The notes: generated by a model from the letters alone, not told the origin. Positions 23,583 to 37,805 are shown, numbered from the stretch's first letter. The stretch: DNA of 64,000 nt from Proteromonas lacertae (GCA_002245135.1 NGBS01000003.1:248001-312000); one strand, 5' to 3'. Translations and numbers: made by a program.

Positions 23583-24712
23583 ATGTCTCTTAAAATCTTA
23601 GAGAAAGAAGAAAATGCTTGGAGAAGAATAGAACAGAAATCTTAGTATTGTAATACTTATAATGTGGTTAGTTTTTTTAGGAAAAGATATTACATTCCCA
23701 ATATTGAGTTAGATCATGAACCATATTGTCCAGAAAGAACATTATTGAGTAAAATTGAAATGAATCGATATTATCGAAATCCATTACTACATGAACCAAC
23801 AGCTCAAGATAAATTCTATAAACAAGTATAATAATGATGTGATATATTTACAATAGAAAGTGTTAGATAATCCATTAGAAAATAGTGATATATATGGTAT
23901 AAAAGACAGTGAAAAGAGTTATCATGCTCCTCCTGACTTAAATCCTCAAAGTTTCGGATACAGACCAGGTGAAGGAGGTCATCACTTTGATGCACTTACA
24001 TTATCCGTTAAAAAGCCAAAACAGAAGAAATTACCTGCTGAACCAGATGGATTATTATCAGCTGCAAGATTAAACACATTACTTCACTCCAAAGTAAAAA
24101 CAAATCAATATACAGGTGATCCTCATGAATTAGAATTATTATTACGTGCTCCAAGTGCTAAAGCAATGTCTGATATAACTTGTAAACCACATAAACCAGT
24201 ATAAGAAATATTGTTATTATTATTAGACATATGAAGAATCTTTAGAAGATCCAATAGTTCAAAAAGAATTTGAAGATACAGTAATACCTCCAAAGATAAT
24301 CAAAAATGGAACATTAACTCCAATTGAAAAATCCAAGAAGAAAAACAAGAAAGAGTTGTATTTAAAAGAATTAGAATCTGGTTTTGATAATACAATGTAT
24401 ATCAATAGTTATATATATATATATAGATGTCATACACATCAAATTCGTCAAAATAGTGCTCCAATATTAACTAGACAAAAGCAAATCAATAACAAAGAGA
24501 AATATGCGAAATTGGCGGCTAATAAATTAACCACAACTTTATGCACAGAGAAGATAATGACAGATGATATATTAAAGACAATGTTTCCTGATACTATTGA
24601 TAGATATAAGAGAGAAGATGAGGGCAATCATAGAGAATATTTGTGTAGAAGTGTTGTACATACTACTACTCCAAGACCAATGAGAAAGAAACTGTTTGGA
24701 TCAAAAGAGTAA
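23583..24712 (+). CDS. Hypothetical protein, multi-exon
   Basis: ATG 23583; open frame after removing short introns (23645-23671, 23826-23856 and later ones). Confidence 0.7.
23804..24048 (+). repeat. 245-bp direct repeat, copy 2 (donor copy inside the intact gene)
   Basis: Matches 7533-7777. Confidence 0.95.
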
Positions 24713-24886
24713 ATTAATGTAATGTATAATTTATATTTATTTATGTTGCGTATTTTTTTTTCATTGTTGTTATTAATAATTCGTTGATAAAATACAATTA
24801 TAATTAGGGATTAATGAGATAATTAGTTTTTCTTTTAATCATCTCAAACCAAGCAGTCAAACCTTTTTTGCATTTTTGTTTTTTAT

Positions 24887-26252
24887 ATGGAATCAGAAGA
24901 TGAACAAGTATATATTTTATTTGATTACATTAGGTTCGTGTACGCTTTGTTACAGATATTGAAAAATACCAAATTAGTGAAGGTGAATTATCAATTCCTC
25001 TTAGTTTAACAAGAAAAGGATTATCAGAAATTATAAACCAATTGAAGGAATTAGATCCTCCAGTTCCTTTTGATTTTTTGCTTGAAGACCAATTAATTCG
25101 ATCTTCTCTTCAAAAATTCATAACAAAGAATAATATATCTACAGAAAATGTATTGAATATAAAATATTTCCCATTAATTCAAAGACCTGAAGAAAACAAG
25201 ACCAAAAATGAACCAGAGTGGGTAAGTTGCGTTTCTGCATCTCAGTCCTGGTTTTGTACTGGATGTTATGATAATATATTGAGATTATATAATGAAAATT
25301 TTGAAGGTATAATTGAATTGAACGATCATTCTTTACCAATCAAATCGACTGAAATGAGTGTAGAAGATGATGATAATACAATCTTATTATTCAGTGGTTC
25401 ACAAGATCAAACAATATATGTATATCAATACAGTAAAGAGACTAAGTCAATAACAGCAAAGAGTAATTGTAAAGGACATAAAAGTAGTGTAGAAAGCTTG
25501 TCATATTCAAACACTTGTAAATTATTAAGTGGTGGATTTAATGGTTCAGTATGTATTTGGGATATTAATAAAACCAATTCAAATCAAATGGAAGAAGAAG
25601 ATGATGATGATGAAGAAGAAAAGAAAATTAAAAAACAAAAATTGAATGATAATACAGATTCTTCAACATTAAATGAAATAATAGTATATATATATATATA
25701 TTTATTTATTTATTTAAAAAATAGTCTCCAATTTGTACTCTAAATGGTCATACAGACAATATAAGTAGTTGTGAATGGTATGATAATGATAAAGTAATAA
25801 CAGGAAGTTGGGATCATACACTCTCAACTTGGGATATAGAAACAACTGGAACAATTAATACATTTCGATGTAACAAACCAATATTAAGTTTAACATATAA
25901 TAAAGAGAATAATATTATACTTACTGGACATAATGATAATGAAATAAGAATGTGGGATATTAGAAATAAAGAAGATTATACTAAAAGACATTTTAAAAGT
26001 CATAATGGTTGGATTTCTAGTGTGAAATTTAATGATGTTAATAGTAATTATTTCTTTTCTTGTAGTTATGATGGAAGTATTAAAATATGGGATGTTAGAG
26101 GAAATACTCCATTATACACAATAAATGTTGGTGGAAACGATGAAGATGTGAAATTATTGTGTGGATATTGGAAAGATGATAAAACTATATTGAGTGGTGG
26201 TAGTGATTGTAAAATAAGTAGTTATCATATTGATTTTTCATTGAATATGTAA
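24887..26252 (+). CDS. WDR12: Ribosome biogenesis protein WDR12/Ytm1
   Basis: NLE domain (LSEIINQL, PVPFDFL, LIRSSL, ISTENVLNIKY) followed by WD40 repeats. Confidence 0.9.
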
Positions 26253-26333
26253 TAATTTGTTTTGTTTCTGTTATTTTTGTAAAGATATTTTCTTTTACTG
26301 TAATTGACATGTAATAAAATGGTAATTTAAAAA

Positions 26334-27233
26334 ATGAGTTGTTTTTTACCAATTACTGAGACTTTTGAGAGTTGGTGGGTATTCTGTAAATCTGCATATT
26401 TAGAACGTATGAATATTAAGATATAATTGATAGCTTCCTTACTTTGTCATTCAAGGCAACCAAACTATAATAGAGCTCATATAAGACTTTTACTAAGAAC
26501 CAATGATGTGAAAATACTAAAATATTCCTTATCATATCTACATTCACAAATATTTTGTATTCTATATTTATATATACATTAGCAAGTTTAAATCAAGGTC
26601 AATTTGTGGAAATGGGAATAATACCCCCATTAATATCATTAATATCAAATACAAATCCAGATATTTACACTGCTGCTTCTAAGTTACTTTCAAACTTAGT
26701 TCTTTGTATAAATGAATATATTTATATATGATATAGTTCGTGATGGCAATAAAAATATTGTTAGAGAAAATGGAGGAGTGGATATATTAATCAATTGTTT
26801 GAACAATACCAATACAGAAATAATAGTACAATCCCTCCAAACTTTGTACAATATTTGTAATGAATCTAATATTGCTTATTTATTCTCAAAAGGATATATT
26901 AATATAATTCAATCATTAATCATCCATATAAATCCTCATATTTCCTTCGCATCTTTACAAGTTCTTTACACTGCATTTATTGATTCACCAAATAGATTGT
27001 ATTCAGTAATTGATCCAACATTTTTTGATAGTATCGCTACATTGATTATGATACATCATAATGATGAAAAAATATCAACATTATTAAGGAAATTAATTAT
27101 ATTTTTAAACAGAGATCCTTTGATGAGGAGGTTAATATATGAATCTAGGATAATTGACACTGTTCATGTAATTTACTCGGAAATGAATAATACAAGTAAT
27201 TGTTTATTCGTTTCAATAAATCGTTTGTTTTAA
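26334..27233 (+). CDS. Armadillo-repeat protein, multi-exon
   Basis: NKNIVRENGGVDILINCL...LQTLYNIC ARM consensus; start approximate. Confidence 0.65.
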
Positions 27234-27345
27234 ATGAAATTTTTTTTTTTTTTGAAAGATTCTTTATTTTGGTGAGTGTAAAAACACGAAATAATTTTTA
27301 AAAACGTATATATTAGTTTATATTAATAATTATATTATTTATTTA

Positions 27346-28960
27346 TTAAATTAATTGAGATAATCTCTTATTAATATCACCTTCATCAATACCAAACAAT
27401 TCTCCAATGTATCTAAACATCTTTCCAATAAATGGATCACTTAATGCTTCACTAGACAATTTACTTATTATATTAAATATAATCTCTTCATTAATTTCAA
27501 CTCCATCTTGTAAACATCTTTTAATATACTCAGCAACAAACGCAACATTAATTGGCCATAAAGTATTACGTTTAGGAAATGAGAGTATAATAAATAACAA
27601 TAATCTTTTATACATAATAATCTGTTTGAAAGATGATTGAATTAATAACAATCTTCTTCTCTCAACATCATTTCTTATTACTTTAATTGATTCCATTGGA
27701 TCTTTGATTGGTGGAAGATTATCTAATTCCATATACTTATATTGATTCACTAAATTTCTATTGTGTTTTATATATTCTAATTTCTTTGTCATTACATCAT
27801 TTATTTTGGATTGTAAATGCGGTAAATCTTCTCTCATTCTTAAGAGCTTTTTATCTGCAGATTGAATTGGACTATACATTAAATTATTATTATTATTATT
27901 ATTATTTCTCTTTCTTCTTCCTTGTTTTATTGTCTCTAAGTTTTTTCTTCTTCTTTCTTCTTTACCTTCTCCTTCTCTCACTTTATCTTTATCTTTTTTC
28001 TCTTTATCATTCTTCTTATTATCTTCTTCTTTATTATTATCATCTTCATCATCTTCACTATCATCTACATCTTTCTTCTTCTTTTTGTCTTTATCATCAA
28101 ACTTAGGAATTCTATAAAACTCATTCTCTCTTCTAATAATATTATTTTCTTCATATAATTCAACCACTCTTGAATCAATATTATCATATAACCACTTACT
28201 ACATATTCCTACATATGGTGTAATATCATATAAAATATCTTCTATTATTGAAATATCAGGATATCTTATATTTTCTTCATCTTCTTCATCATCATAGTAA
28301 TAATTCTCAAATATTTTTTTATCGTTTATTATTTGTGCATAATTTGTAAGTGATAATAGAAATAAAGGACAACTGTTTTCTTTCATATTTCCATAGGATA
28401 AATATATTGGAACTGGAGCTTCGTAATCATTACAAACCGATTTAATTTCTTTGGATTTATTAACTTCAGGTAGAAATTCTTCAATATGTGGAGGGATTAA
28501 TGGTTCTATTTCAGGTGGATGATGCAAATCAGGTAATACAGCACCAGATTTTGTAGCTTTTACTCTTCTATTTGATTCGTTAATTGCTAAATTCAAATAT
28601 CTATGTCCACTGTTACTAATAAAAAAAATATATAAATCATGTGATATACAAGTTGTAACGCTTTTGCCTTTGATATAGATTTGCTGTAGATTTTACAATT
28701 TTTATTGGTGTTTGATTTAGTTCAGCTTCTTTAGCTTTCAATTCTTGTTTCCTTTTTTCATCAAGTCTCATTTTTCTCTTTTGAACAGCCTTTTGTTTTA
28801 CAAGCATTTCCACATGGCTAATATCCTCTACTCTACCAACTGGTTCATATGGTGTTTTAACTCTATTGCCAAGTAATAAATCAGGATCTCCTAGACACAC
28901 ATAAGGCGTGAGAAGATCGCAACTTCTTCCACCTACCTTATTTTTGTTTAAAAGTGACAT
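27346..28960 (-). CDS. Hypothetical protein with charged low-complexity region
   Basis: 107-aa and 416-aa ORFs separated by an intron-sized gap. Confidence 0.65.
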
Positions 28961-29117
28961 ATAAAAATAAAATTCGTTATTAATTTGAAAGAGTTTGAGA
29001 TAATCAAACCTACATAATTTCTTTTCTCTCTTTATTTTCTTACTAATTTTGTTTTATCATCCAAAAACAACATAGTTTAATATTTTATTATCTATTAATT
29101 CTTGTAACAACTTTTAT

Positions 29118-30537
29118 TTAATATGGTTCACAAGGATGACGGAAATCTTCACCAGCGTATTTAACACCTCCACTTTCCATTAACATCTCTTCAATTCTCA
29201 ATAATTGGTTATATTTAGCTAATCTTTCACTTCTGCAAGGAGCTCCAGTCTTAATTTGTCCTGTAGCTAAACCAACAGCTAAATCAGCAATAAAACAATC
29301 TTCAGTTTCTCCAGATCTGTGACTAGCCATAACACCCCAACCAGCTTGTTTAGCCATCTTTACAGCTTCAATAGCTTCAGTTACACTACCAATTTGATTC
29401 ACCTTTAATAATAAAGCATTGCATGATTTCTTCTCAATACAGTCTTTAACACGTACTGGGTTGGTAACTAATAAGTCATCACCTACAATTTGTACATTTT
29501 CTCCCATATCTTCAGTAATTGTGTGCCAACTGTCATAATCATCTTGATCATAAGGATCTTCGATTGAAACGAAGGGATATTTCTCTACAAACTCTTTATA
29601 CATTTCTAATAACTCTTCTCTTGTTTTTTGTTGACTTCCATCATTATCCTTTGTTTTGAAGTCTAAATCGTATTTTTCTAATTCTTTCATCCAGAATTCT
29701 GATGCTGCTACATCCATAGCTAACTTCACTTTACCTGTATAACCAGCTTTTTCAATTGCTTCAACAATCATATCTAAACCTTCAAATGGACTTTCAATTG
29801 GAGGGGCAAAACCACCTTCATCACCTACATTAATAGCATCTTGACCATGCTTGGCTTTAATTACATTCTTTAAATGATGATATGTTTCACTGGCCATTTT
29901 CATAGCTTCTTTAAAGCTACTAGCACCTACTGGCATAATCATGAATTCTTGCATAGCACACTTGTTACCAGCATGTGATCCTCCGTTGATGATATTGAAT
30001 GAAGGTACTGGCATGACGAATGTCTTGTTACCAGCTAATTGAGCGATGTGTTGGAATAATGGAACACGTTTTGCAGCAGCCCCAGCACGACATACAGCTA
30101 ATGATACACCTAAAATGGCATTGGCTCCTAATTTTGATTTGCACCAACCATAATCGTTTTGAGTACCATCAATTTCTTGTACCATAAAGTTATCAATCTT
30201 TTCTTGTTCGATTGGGTTCATTCCAAGGATCTTTGGTCCAATGATGTCGTTTACATTTGCAACGGCTTGGGCTACACCTTTTCCCATGTAATCATCACCA
30301 CCATCTCTTAATTCTAAAGCTTCATAAATACCAGTTGAAGCACCACTAGGTACTGATGCTCTGAAGTATCCTAATTCAGTCTTTACATCGACCTAATATA
30401 TTAAATAATAGATTAATGCAAATATACTTCAACAGTTGGATTACCTCTGCTATCAAAGATTTGACGAGCCTATTGGAAGTATAAAGAAAGTGGCACTATA
30501 CACGAACAGCTAATATTGTAGTGTCTTGAGCAGGCAT
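29118..30537 (-). CDS. ENO: Enolase
   Basis: [45 protein letters not shown]; two short 5' introns. Confidence 0.99.
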
Positions 30538-30670
30538 GATTAAATGCAAAAGAATAAAATATGAAACGAATCGTTACAAGAATGTTCTATGAAAAACTAT
30601 TCGTTTCAACTCCCCAAAAATAACAACTAGTTTTTTATTTTTGAATAAATATATATAATTATAACTACGA

Positions 30671-31501
30671 TTACAAATCAACTAGACTTTTCACCTTCTT
30701 CCTCTTCTTATCACCCTTTTTATGAACTTTTATTGTTGTTTTAAATGTATCATCTGTTAAATCTTTATCTAAACTAGTTTTCTTCTTCTCTTCCTTTCCT
30801 TCTTCATCATTATTATTTTTATCTTTATCTTTATTGAATAAATTATCTACATTAGCAAAGAAATCATCATCACTTTCTTCACCATCTTGTTTTTCACTTT
30901 CTCTTTTAAATAACTTATCCAATTCAGCTTGTTCTTCTTCTGTCAAACTTAATTCACTCTTCTTATTTTCATTTTCCATATATGCATCAAATACATTGTC
31001 TTTACCTTGATCCCTTTTTGCGTTTATCGCTTTCATTTCGTCTATTCGATCATGTTGATCCATTTCTATTCTTGATTGTAATGTCCTGTTCTCTAATGCA
31101 ACCATTGTATCTGTGTCTGCTTCATCTAATTTTTTCACTTCTTCTTCTTCTGCTTTTATTCTTTCTCTCCATAATTCAAAATTCCTTGTTGCACCAAATT
31201 CTACTGTATAATCACCATGCTCTGGATCTGTTCGAATTGCAAATATTGCTCTACAGTTTTCACATTTAAAATAAAAACGGTAGAGCTTAATTCCCTTATA
31301 ATCATACCCTTCTATTTGTTCCATTTTTGTATTAAATTTCGTACCTTTGTACATGAATTCACCACATGTAGAACACTGTACGTTCATAGGAAGCATATTA
31401 GTCACAGTAACAAGTCTTGTTCTTTCTCTTTTTATTTTTACTATTTTTCTATAATCAAAATCCCAAGGAATATATTTATTTAAGACTTTTCTTTCACCCA
31501 T
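30671..31501 (-). CDS. YJU2: Splicing factor YJU2/CCDC94
   Basis: MGERKVLNKY, CSTCGEFMYKGTKFN, FYFKCENC, GATRNF. Confidence 0.95.
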   Translation of the reverse strand: MGERKVLNKYIPWDFDYRKIVKIKRERTRLVTVTNMLPMNVQCSTCGEFMYKGTKFNTKMEQIEGYDYKGIKLYRFYFKCENCRAIFAIRTDPEHGDYTVEFGATRNFELWRERIKAEEEEVKKLDEADTDTMVALENRTLQSRIEMDQHDRIDEMKAINAKRDQGKDNVFDAYMENENKKSELSLTEEEQAELDKLFKRESEKQDGEESDDDFFANVDNLFNKDKDKNNNDEEGKEEKKKTSLDKDLTDDTFKTTIKVHKKGDKKRKKVKSLVDL

Positions 31502-31605
31502 AATGAATTAAAATGCAAAAAAGAATATAAAAAAGAATTTGGCTCGGTAAATTACATATTTATTGACAAAAAATTACTGCCCGTTTTTTTTAAGTTTTCA
31601 AAATA

Positions 31606-33045
31606 ATGAGTGTTCGTTATATGTGTGATCGAGCCATTGTTCCACAATCGGAATATGAAAGAATTAGGAAAAGTGTCAGCTTTGTACCAGATACAACAAA
31701 CCCTGAAAAAGAAAGGTTGAGAGAATTATCAAAAACTAGAAGTGCTCAATGGACAAATACATTAATTGGAAATAGACAATTAAAATTAGTATATTAATAT
31801 GCATTTATTTTTTAGAAACAAAAAGCAGAACGTGAAAAGGCATTAGAGCTTGAAAGACAAGAAATAGATAGAGCAGAAGATAAAGCTAGAGAGGAATATA
31901 GATTAGAAACAATAGATAGAGCTAACCGTCTACTAGAAGAAGAAACTGACAGAATGAAGATGTTGAAAAGCAAAACTTTGTTAGTAGATACATTAATAGA
32001 AAGAGAACATCAAGTAGTATGGAAAGAACGAAAAGCTGAAATGGAAAAGAAAAGAGAAGCTGTTCATTATCAACAAATGTTGGATAGAATGAGAGCTGAG
32101 AAAGAACGAGAAGATAGAGAAAGAGCAGAAAAAATAGAAAAATGTCGTCAAACCGCCAAAATCAATGCAGAACAAATGAAAGCTTGGGAAGACAAATACA
32201 CAACAGAAATATTAAATGATAGAGCAGAAGGTAAAAAAATAGCTGACAAAGCCAAAGCAGAATTAGAAGAAGAACGTCAAGAAAGAATTAATCGAAGATT
32301 AAGGTATATCGCAGATTCAAAGGCTATGCAACAAGCCAATGCTGAAGTAGAAGAATTTAAAAGAACACAAGAAGAGCATTTCAATAATTTAGATAGGAAG
32401 AACGCTGAATGGGCAAAAAAGAAAGATGAGCAAGAAGAAAGAAGAAAAAGACAATGGGAGAAGAGACAACAAGATCGTTTAAGAACCACTAATTTCCTAA
32501 TTAGCAGAGCAACTGAAGCATTGAAATACCAAACTGATAATAGTGAAAGAATATTACAAAAACAAATAAAAGAACAAAATGCTAAAGAAGATGAAGCTGA
32601 AAGATTGAAAGAACAGAAGGCTCAGGAGGAGTGGAATGCTATAGTCAAGAGCAGAACTTATCAATTAGAAGAAAAAGCAAGATTAGAACGAGAACAAAAG
32701 CAAAGAGATCAGGAATTCGCTATTGCATGGAAGAAACAGAATGAACAGTTCCAGAAGGAAGAATATGCTGAAAGAATGAGGATATTGAAGAGAAATAAAG
32801 AAAATGCGGAAGAAATACATAAACAAGCAATAGAAAGAGAAGAAAGGAAGAGAAAAGTGAGAGAAGAAGAGATTTTGAATGAAGAAGCTGATTTAAAGAG
32901 AGTTGATGATGAAGATGCTAGAGTATATAGAAGAGCTATGGCTTTGTTGGAAAAATATGAGAAAGCTGGTAAGAATACACTGCCTTTGAGAAGAGCCATG
33001 CTTCCAATTGATGAATTACACAATGCTATGCAATTCAATCAATAA
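31606..33045 (+). CDS. Trichohyalin-plectin-homology coiled-coil protein, CFAP210/CCDC173-like
   Basis: SEYERIRKSV...LRELSKTRSAQWTNTLIGNRQLKL N-terminus, TLIEREHQV, long E/K/R coiled coil; 1 intron. Confidence 0.6.
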
Positions 33046-33329
33046 ATTAATTTTTATATGTAAATTTTTTATATTCGAATATAATGATATTGTTTTTTGA
33101 AGTGTATTCAAGAGGTTTTTCTTATATCTGTTTGATATTTAGCTTATCTTGATAATATATTTAGGAGCAGTTATGTATGAGCATTATCAATTACAAGTAA
33201 TGATTTTTTAATGTGTATACTGCTATTATTGTTTAATAAATAATTTTTAAAAGTCAAACTATGTTTGTGATTCAATAATCTTTATTTTTTTGAAATTATA
33301 GAAATAGTATTGTATAAAGTAAATTAAAA

Positions 33330-35630
33330 ATGCCAAAATGTCCATGGTGCTCACAGATGAAATGTATGCATTGTAGATGTCCTGGTTACGTGGGTTGTCA
33401 ACATAATCCTGTATTTCTACTTAGATTTATTGTTAGGGAGAGAAATGTCCAAATGAAAAATATAAGAGACGTTTAAAATGTAATCCTTGTGCCAGAAGAA
33501 AGTTTGAAATGTATTACACAAATATTTCACTTTTATATAGGGATCAAAAGAAAGGTGAAAATACCACTAAATCATTTGAAGAAGAAGGTGGTGATAGTGA
33601 CAATGAAACTGAAGAATTACCACCACAACCACCTCCTTTTCTTCCAAGTCTTCCATATTCAGAAGCTATTAAGAGAGTATAATAAACACATATTATTAAT
33701 TGTAATATAGCCATTCTCAGAACTCCAATTAAATACTCACTTTCAAACCTTTGCAAACATTGATAATGTATATTAGATATATATATACATATATATATTA
33801 TTATTATTTTATAGATTGCTAATTCCTCAACAGGTAAACGTACATTAGAACCATTAGAAGAAGGAATGGATTATGGAATTAACGATTCTGAGAATGACGA
33901 TTTTAATTTCTACAAATCATTACCACCAGTGAGTTACAATCGTAATATATCAGAGGATAGCTTACTAGGAGATTCCAATTCACAGAATGCTAGTTATTCA
34001 TCCTTATTGAGTGGTGGAGGTGGAGATAGTACTCAATTTATATTGCCTCCTCCTGATTTCTATCCAGCTCCCAATATTGTTTCTTCTACTACATCTTATT
34101 ATCCTAATTCTAATAATCCTGGTAGTGATTTAGATCCATTAAGTGAAAATAATAGTTCATCTTTACAATTCCAACAATTACCACCTTTAAAAGATAGTTT
34201 TTTCTCAACTTCAGGTTTTCCAAAGAATGTGATGATATTTAGGAATAAATTTATTCATGTGAATGTAAAATATAATCATACACCTTTAGCAATTATTCCA
34301 GTATATATATATATTTATTATTATTAATAGATTGATCCTGCAAGAGATACACTAAGTTATGTTCGTAGTTATATAACTAAAAGACTATGGCAAACTTATC
34401 CCTACGAGTTTGTGTTTTTATCCAATACAGGATGTGAAGTAAATCAATCACAAGAATCAGATATATTCGTACTATCACAATGTACAGAAGTAGAATTCTA
34501 TGAACCTTATAATAAGATTACAATACTAAGAAGTCATCTATTTATATCATTGAAAGATATGTTTAGTAAAGAAGATGATGAGTTTGAAGATTATCAAGCT
34601 AGTTTAAATGAAGAGAATAATGAAGAAGAGGAAGATAAAGCAATAGAGCCTACACCTAAAAGAATAAAGAGAATGATATCTAATAGAAATAATCAACCTG
34701 AATTAGATTCACAGATATCAGAATTAACTACATTATTTTCACAAGCTCCAATGGAATATCAAGAATTGTTAGCACTGTATATTATATTATTATTATTATT
34801 ATTATATATTGTTATGTTTTTTTTTTCTTATTTTTATATTATTATCTATTAATTTATATATTAGTAAAGTTTTTTCTCAATGTCACTACAACCTTTCTGA
34901 CGATAGACATGATCGTTCATTACTATTAACAGCAGCAGATAATAATCGAATTTCAGCCTTTTTAGAAATGTTAATATCAGGTGCAGACATTAATCAAAGA
35001 GATGCTAGAGGTAATACTGCTTTACATATATGTGCAGCTAAAGGATATACTGAGATGTTAACTTATATAGCACAAATTATGATTGATGATAGAGCTTATA
35101 TGTGTGGAAAACCTGATTTCTTAAGTCATAATAGTGAAGGGAAAACTCCAATAGAATTAGTGACGGATGATAGAACAAAGAAGTTTTTAAGATGTTGCTG
35201 TGATCGATATAGAAGGATTAATCACAATGATCAGAATTCAGGTACAACTTTAAAACATATTAAAGATAAAATTAGGAGAGATACAGGTGATGATGAATCA
35301 ATAAAGAAGTTGTTTTTTATAGTAGAAGGTGTTCCAATATTAACTTCACAAGAGGAGGATTTCTTTGCTGAATGTGTGTACCATGAGAGAGGATATGTTG
35401 TATGGGTACCTCCACTGTCACTGACCTTAGATGATATACAGAATGAATCTAATAAACACATTGTTACTACTCAGACAGATATTAATCATCAGGAGTGGTG
35501 TGGTAGTGATTCGTTTAGACAATTGTTGAATAACAATGTACTTGGTTCTGAGACTTTATCGAAGAAAATTAATGAGAATAGGAATGCTCAACAACTAGAT
35601 AATAGTGCTGATTCATGTGTTGTTTTTTAA
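33330..35630 (+). CDS. Multi-exon protein with Cys-rich N-terminus and ankyrin repeats
   Basis: MPKCPWCSQMKCMHCRCPG; GADINQRDARGNTALHICAAKGY. Confidence 0.7.
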
Positions 35631-35736
35631 AGAATTTAAATCTTAATTTTTTAACTAATTTTACTAATTATTTGTTTTGAATTTACATTTTCATTCAATA
35701 AGCTTGAATTACTGTTTGTGTTGTGTATTTTTAAAA

Positions 35737-37760
35737 ATGAATGATAAGAAGCTAATGAGGTATATTATTATGTTTTAATATAATAATAGAAGAAAAATAA
35801 TTGAAGAAGGTATGCCAAGACCAATAACAACTGATGCTCCTACTCCTGAAGAAATTAAAAATTCAGAAGGCTTAGTGAATTTTTTAAAGTATTTATATTG
35901 CATATTGCATATAGAAAAAAAGAATTGTATGAAACCATTGAAGAATTGCAAAATAGAGAAGATGTTTTAGAAAATCTATCTCGTTTGTTGAATGAATTTG
36001 TAACAGGAATTGCAAAAGCAAAAGTATTATGAATTTATAATAATATACTCTATTTAGAATAAACCAGAATATATTCTTGAAAATGCAAGAGGGAAATTAT
36101 TTTCGTTTGGATCGTATAGATTAGGAGTACAAGCTCCAGGTGCAGATATCGATTTACTATGTGCGACTCCAAATTATGTTAAAAGAGAAGATTTTTTCAA
36201 TATATTTACGTTTCTATTAAAGAGTGATAAAGGGACTGAAGAGATTAATCCAGTTGAAGGAGCTTATGTTCCTTGTATTAAAATAAAATATGAAGGTGTA
36301 GAATGTGATTTACTGTTTGCAGCATTACCATTTGAAATTATTGAAACAGATTTAAGTGTATTAGATGAAAATATTCTTAATAATGCTGATGAAGCAGTAA
36401 TTAGAAGTTTAAATGGATGTAGAACAACTGATATGATTTTAGAATTAGTGACAGATCCTGCAGAATATAAAGTAGCATTAAAATTTATAAAGAAATGGGC
36501 TGAAGAGAGAGGTGTATATTCAAATAAAATGGGTTATTTTGGAGGTGTTAATTTAGCTATTTTGATGTGTTATATATATGAATTATATCCAAATGCATGT
36601 TCATTGTATTATTAATATTGATATTTACTATTTTAGTATATTATTAAAAAAATTCTTTTATGTTTATCAACAATATAAATATGAAAAACCAATTCAATTA
36701 AGAACTCATAAAAAGAATAACACAGATATGGATAAATATGTATATCTAATTATCATTTTTTCCTATATTTAATAGGTTTGGGATCCTACTGTTAATAGGA
36801 GAGATCAAGGTCATAAAATGATATTGCTAACTCCAGCATATCCAGGACAAAATTCTACTCCAAGTGTAAATGAATATTCACTAAAAGTACTAGTTGATGA
36901 ATTTGCTAGAGGATATAATATAATAAAAGAGATTGAAAAAGGAGAACCTGTATATTAGGAATATATCATTTTCGTATAGAATTGGGATAAATTATTAGAA
37001 CCATCAGATGTCTTTTATAAATATTATGATTATTTGGCTATTAAATTGTCAGCTACTGAAGAACATATGCTTCAATGGCTAGGTTATTGTGAATCAAAAC
37101 TTCGTAAATTGGTTGAATTATTAGGTGAAACAAGTTTATTTGAAAAAATACATTTACATCCAGCTGAATATCATAATCCCAAAATATTGTATTATGAAGA
37201 TAAAGACAAAGATATCAACATTCCATTGTTAAACTCTGAATTTTTCATTGGTTTAAAATTAAAAAGTGGAGAAGAAAATATAGACATTGCAATTCCAATT
37301 GAGAAATTTTACAGTTTATATATCAACAGTTTTAGAAATAAAACACAAGATATGATAATAGAAGTGGAGTATTATGAATCTAAAAATTTACCATCATTTT
37401 TGGAATTGGATTTTGATAAAGTAAATATAAGAAAAAGTGTAAAGAAAGATACTTCTCATAAAAGTAGAGATAGTATTAACACAATCATTCCGATATAAAA
37501 CTAGAAATGAAATTTTTGGAAAAAAGAGTGATGTAAATCAAGAAGAAATTAAATCAGATAGTATTAAGTTAGTTGAAGGTGATAAAGAAAATTCAGATAG
37601 TAAACCTGTTTCTCAGACAAAAATAACACCAATATTTAAGAATGAAATTGATGGTGAAAATAGAAAAGATCTTACAGCATCATCTGTTAAAAGAAAGTCA
37701 ATAAGTCAAATGAAGAAAAAGAAAAAAGATGACGTATGGAAGAAAATGAAGAGTGAATAA
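35737..37760 (+). CDS. PAP: Canonical poly(A) polymerase, multi-exon
   Basis: FGSYRLGVQAPGADIDLLC, RSLNGCRTTD, WAEERGVYSNKMGYFGGV, TPAYPGQNST; last exon junction uncertain. Confidence 0.95.
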
Positions 37761-37805
37761 GTAAAAATTATAACTATAGTTTGTATTTTATTTGTTTTAT
37801 TTATA

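Noticed and set aside
27180..27240. Poly(A)-generated stop codon in the ARM gene (GT-rich tail within the last codons)
   Set aside because: A genomic TAA exists at 27231-27233; cannot be supported without mRNA data
30140..30160. YGWC pentapeptide insertion in enolase
   Set aside because: Well-known insertion shared by plants, alveolates and other eukaryotes; not novel
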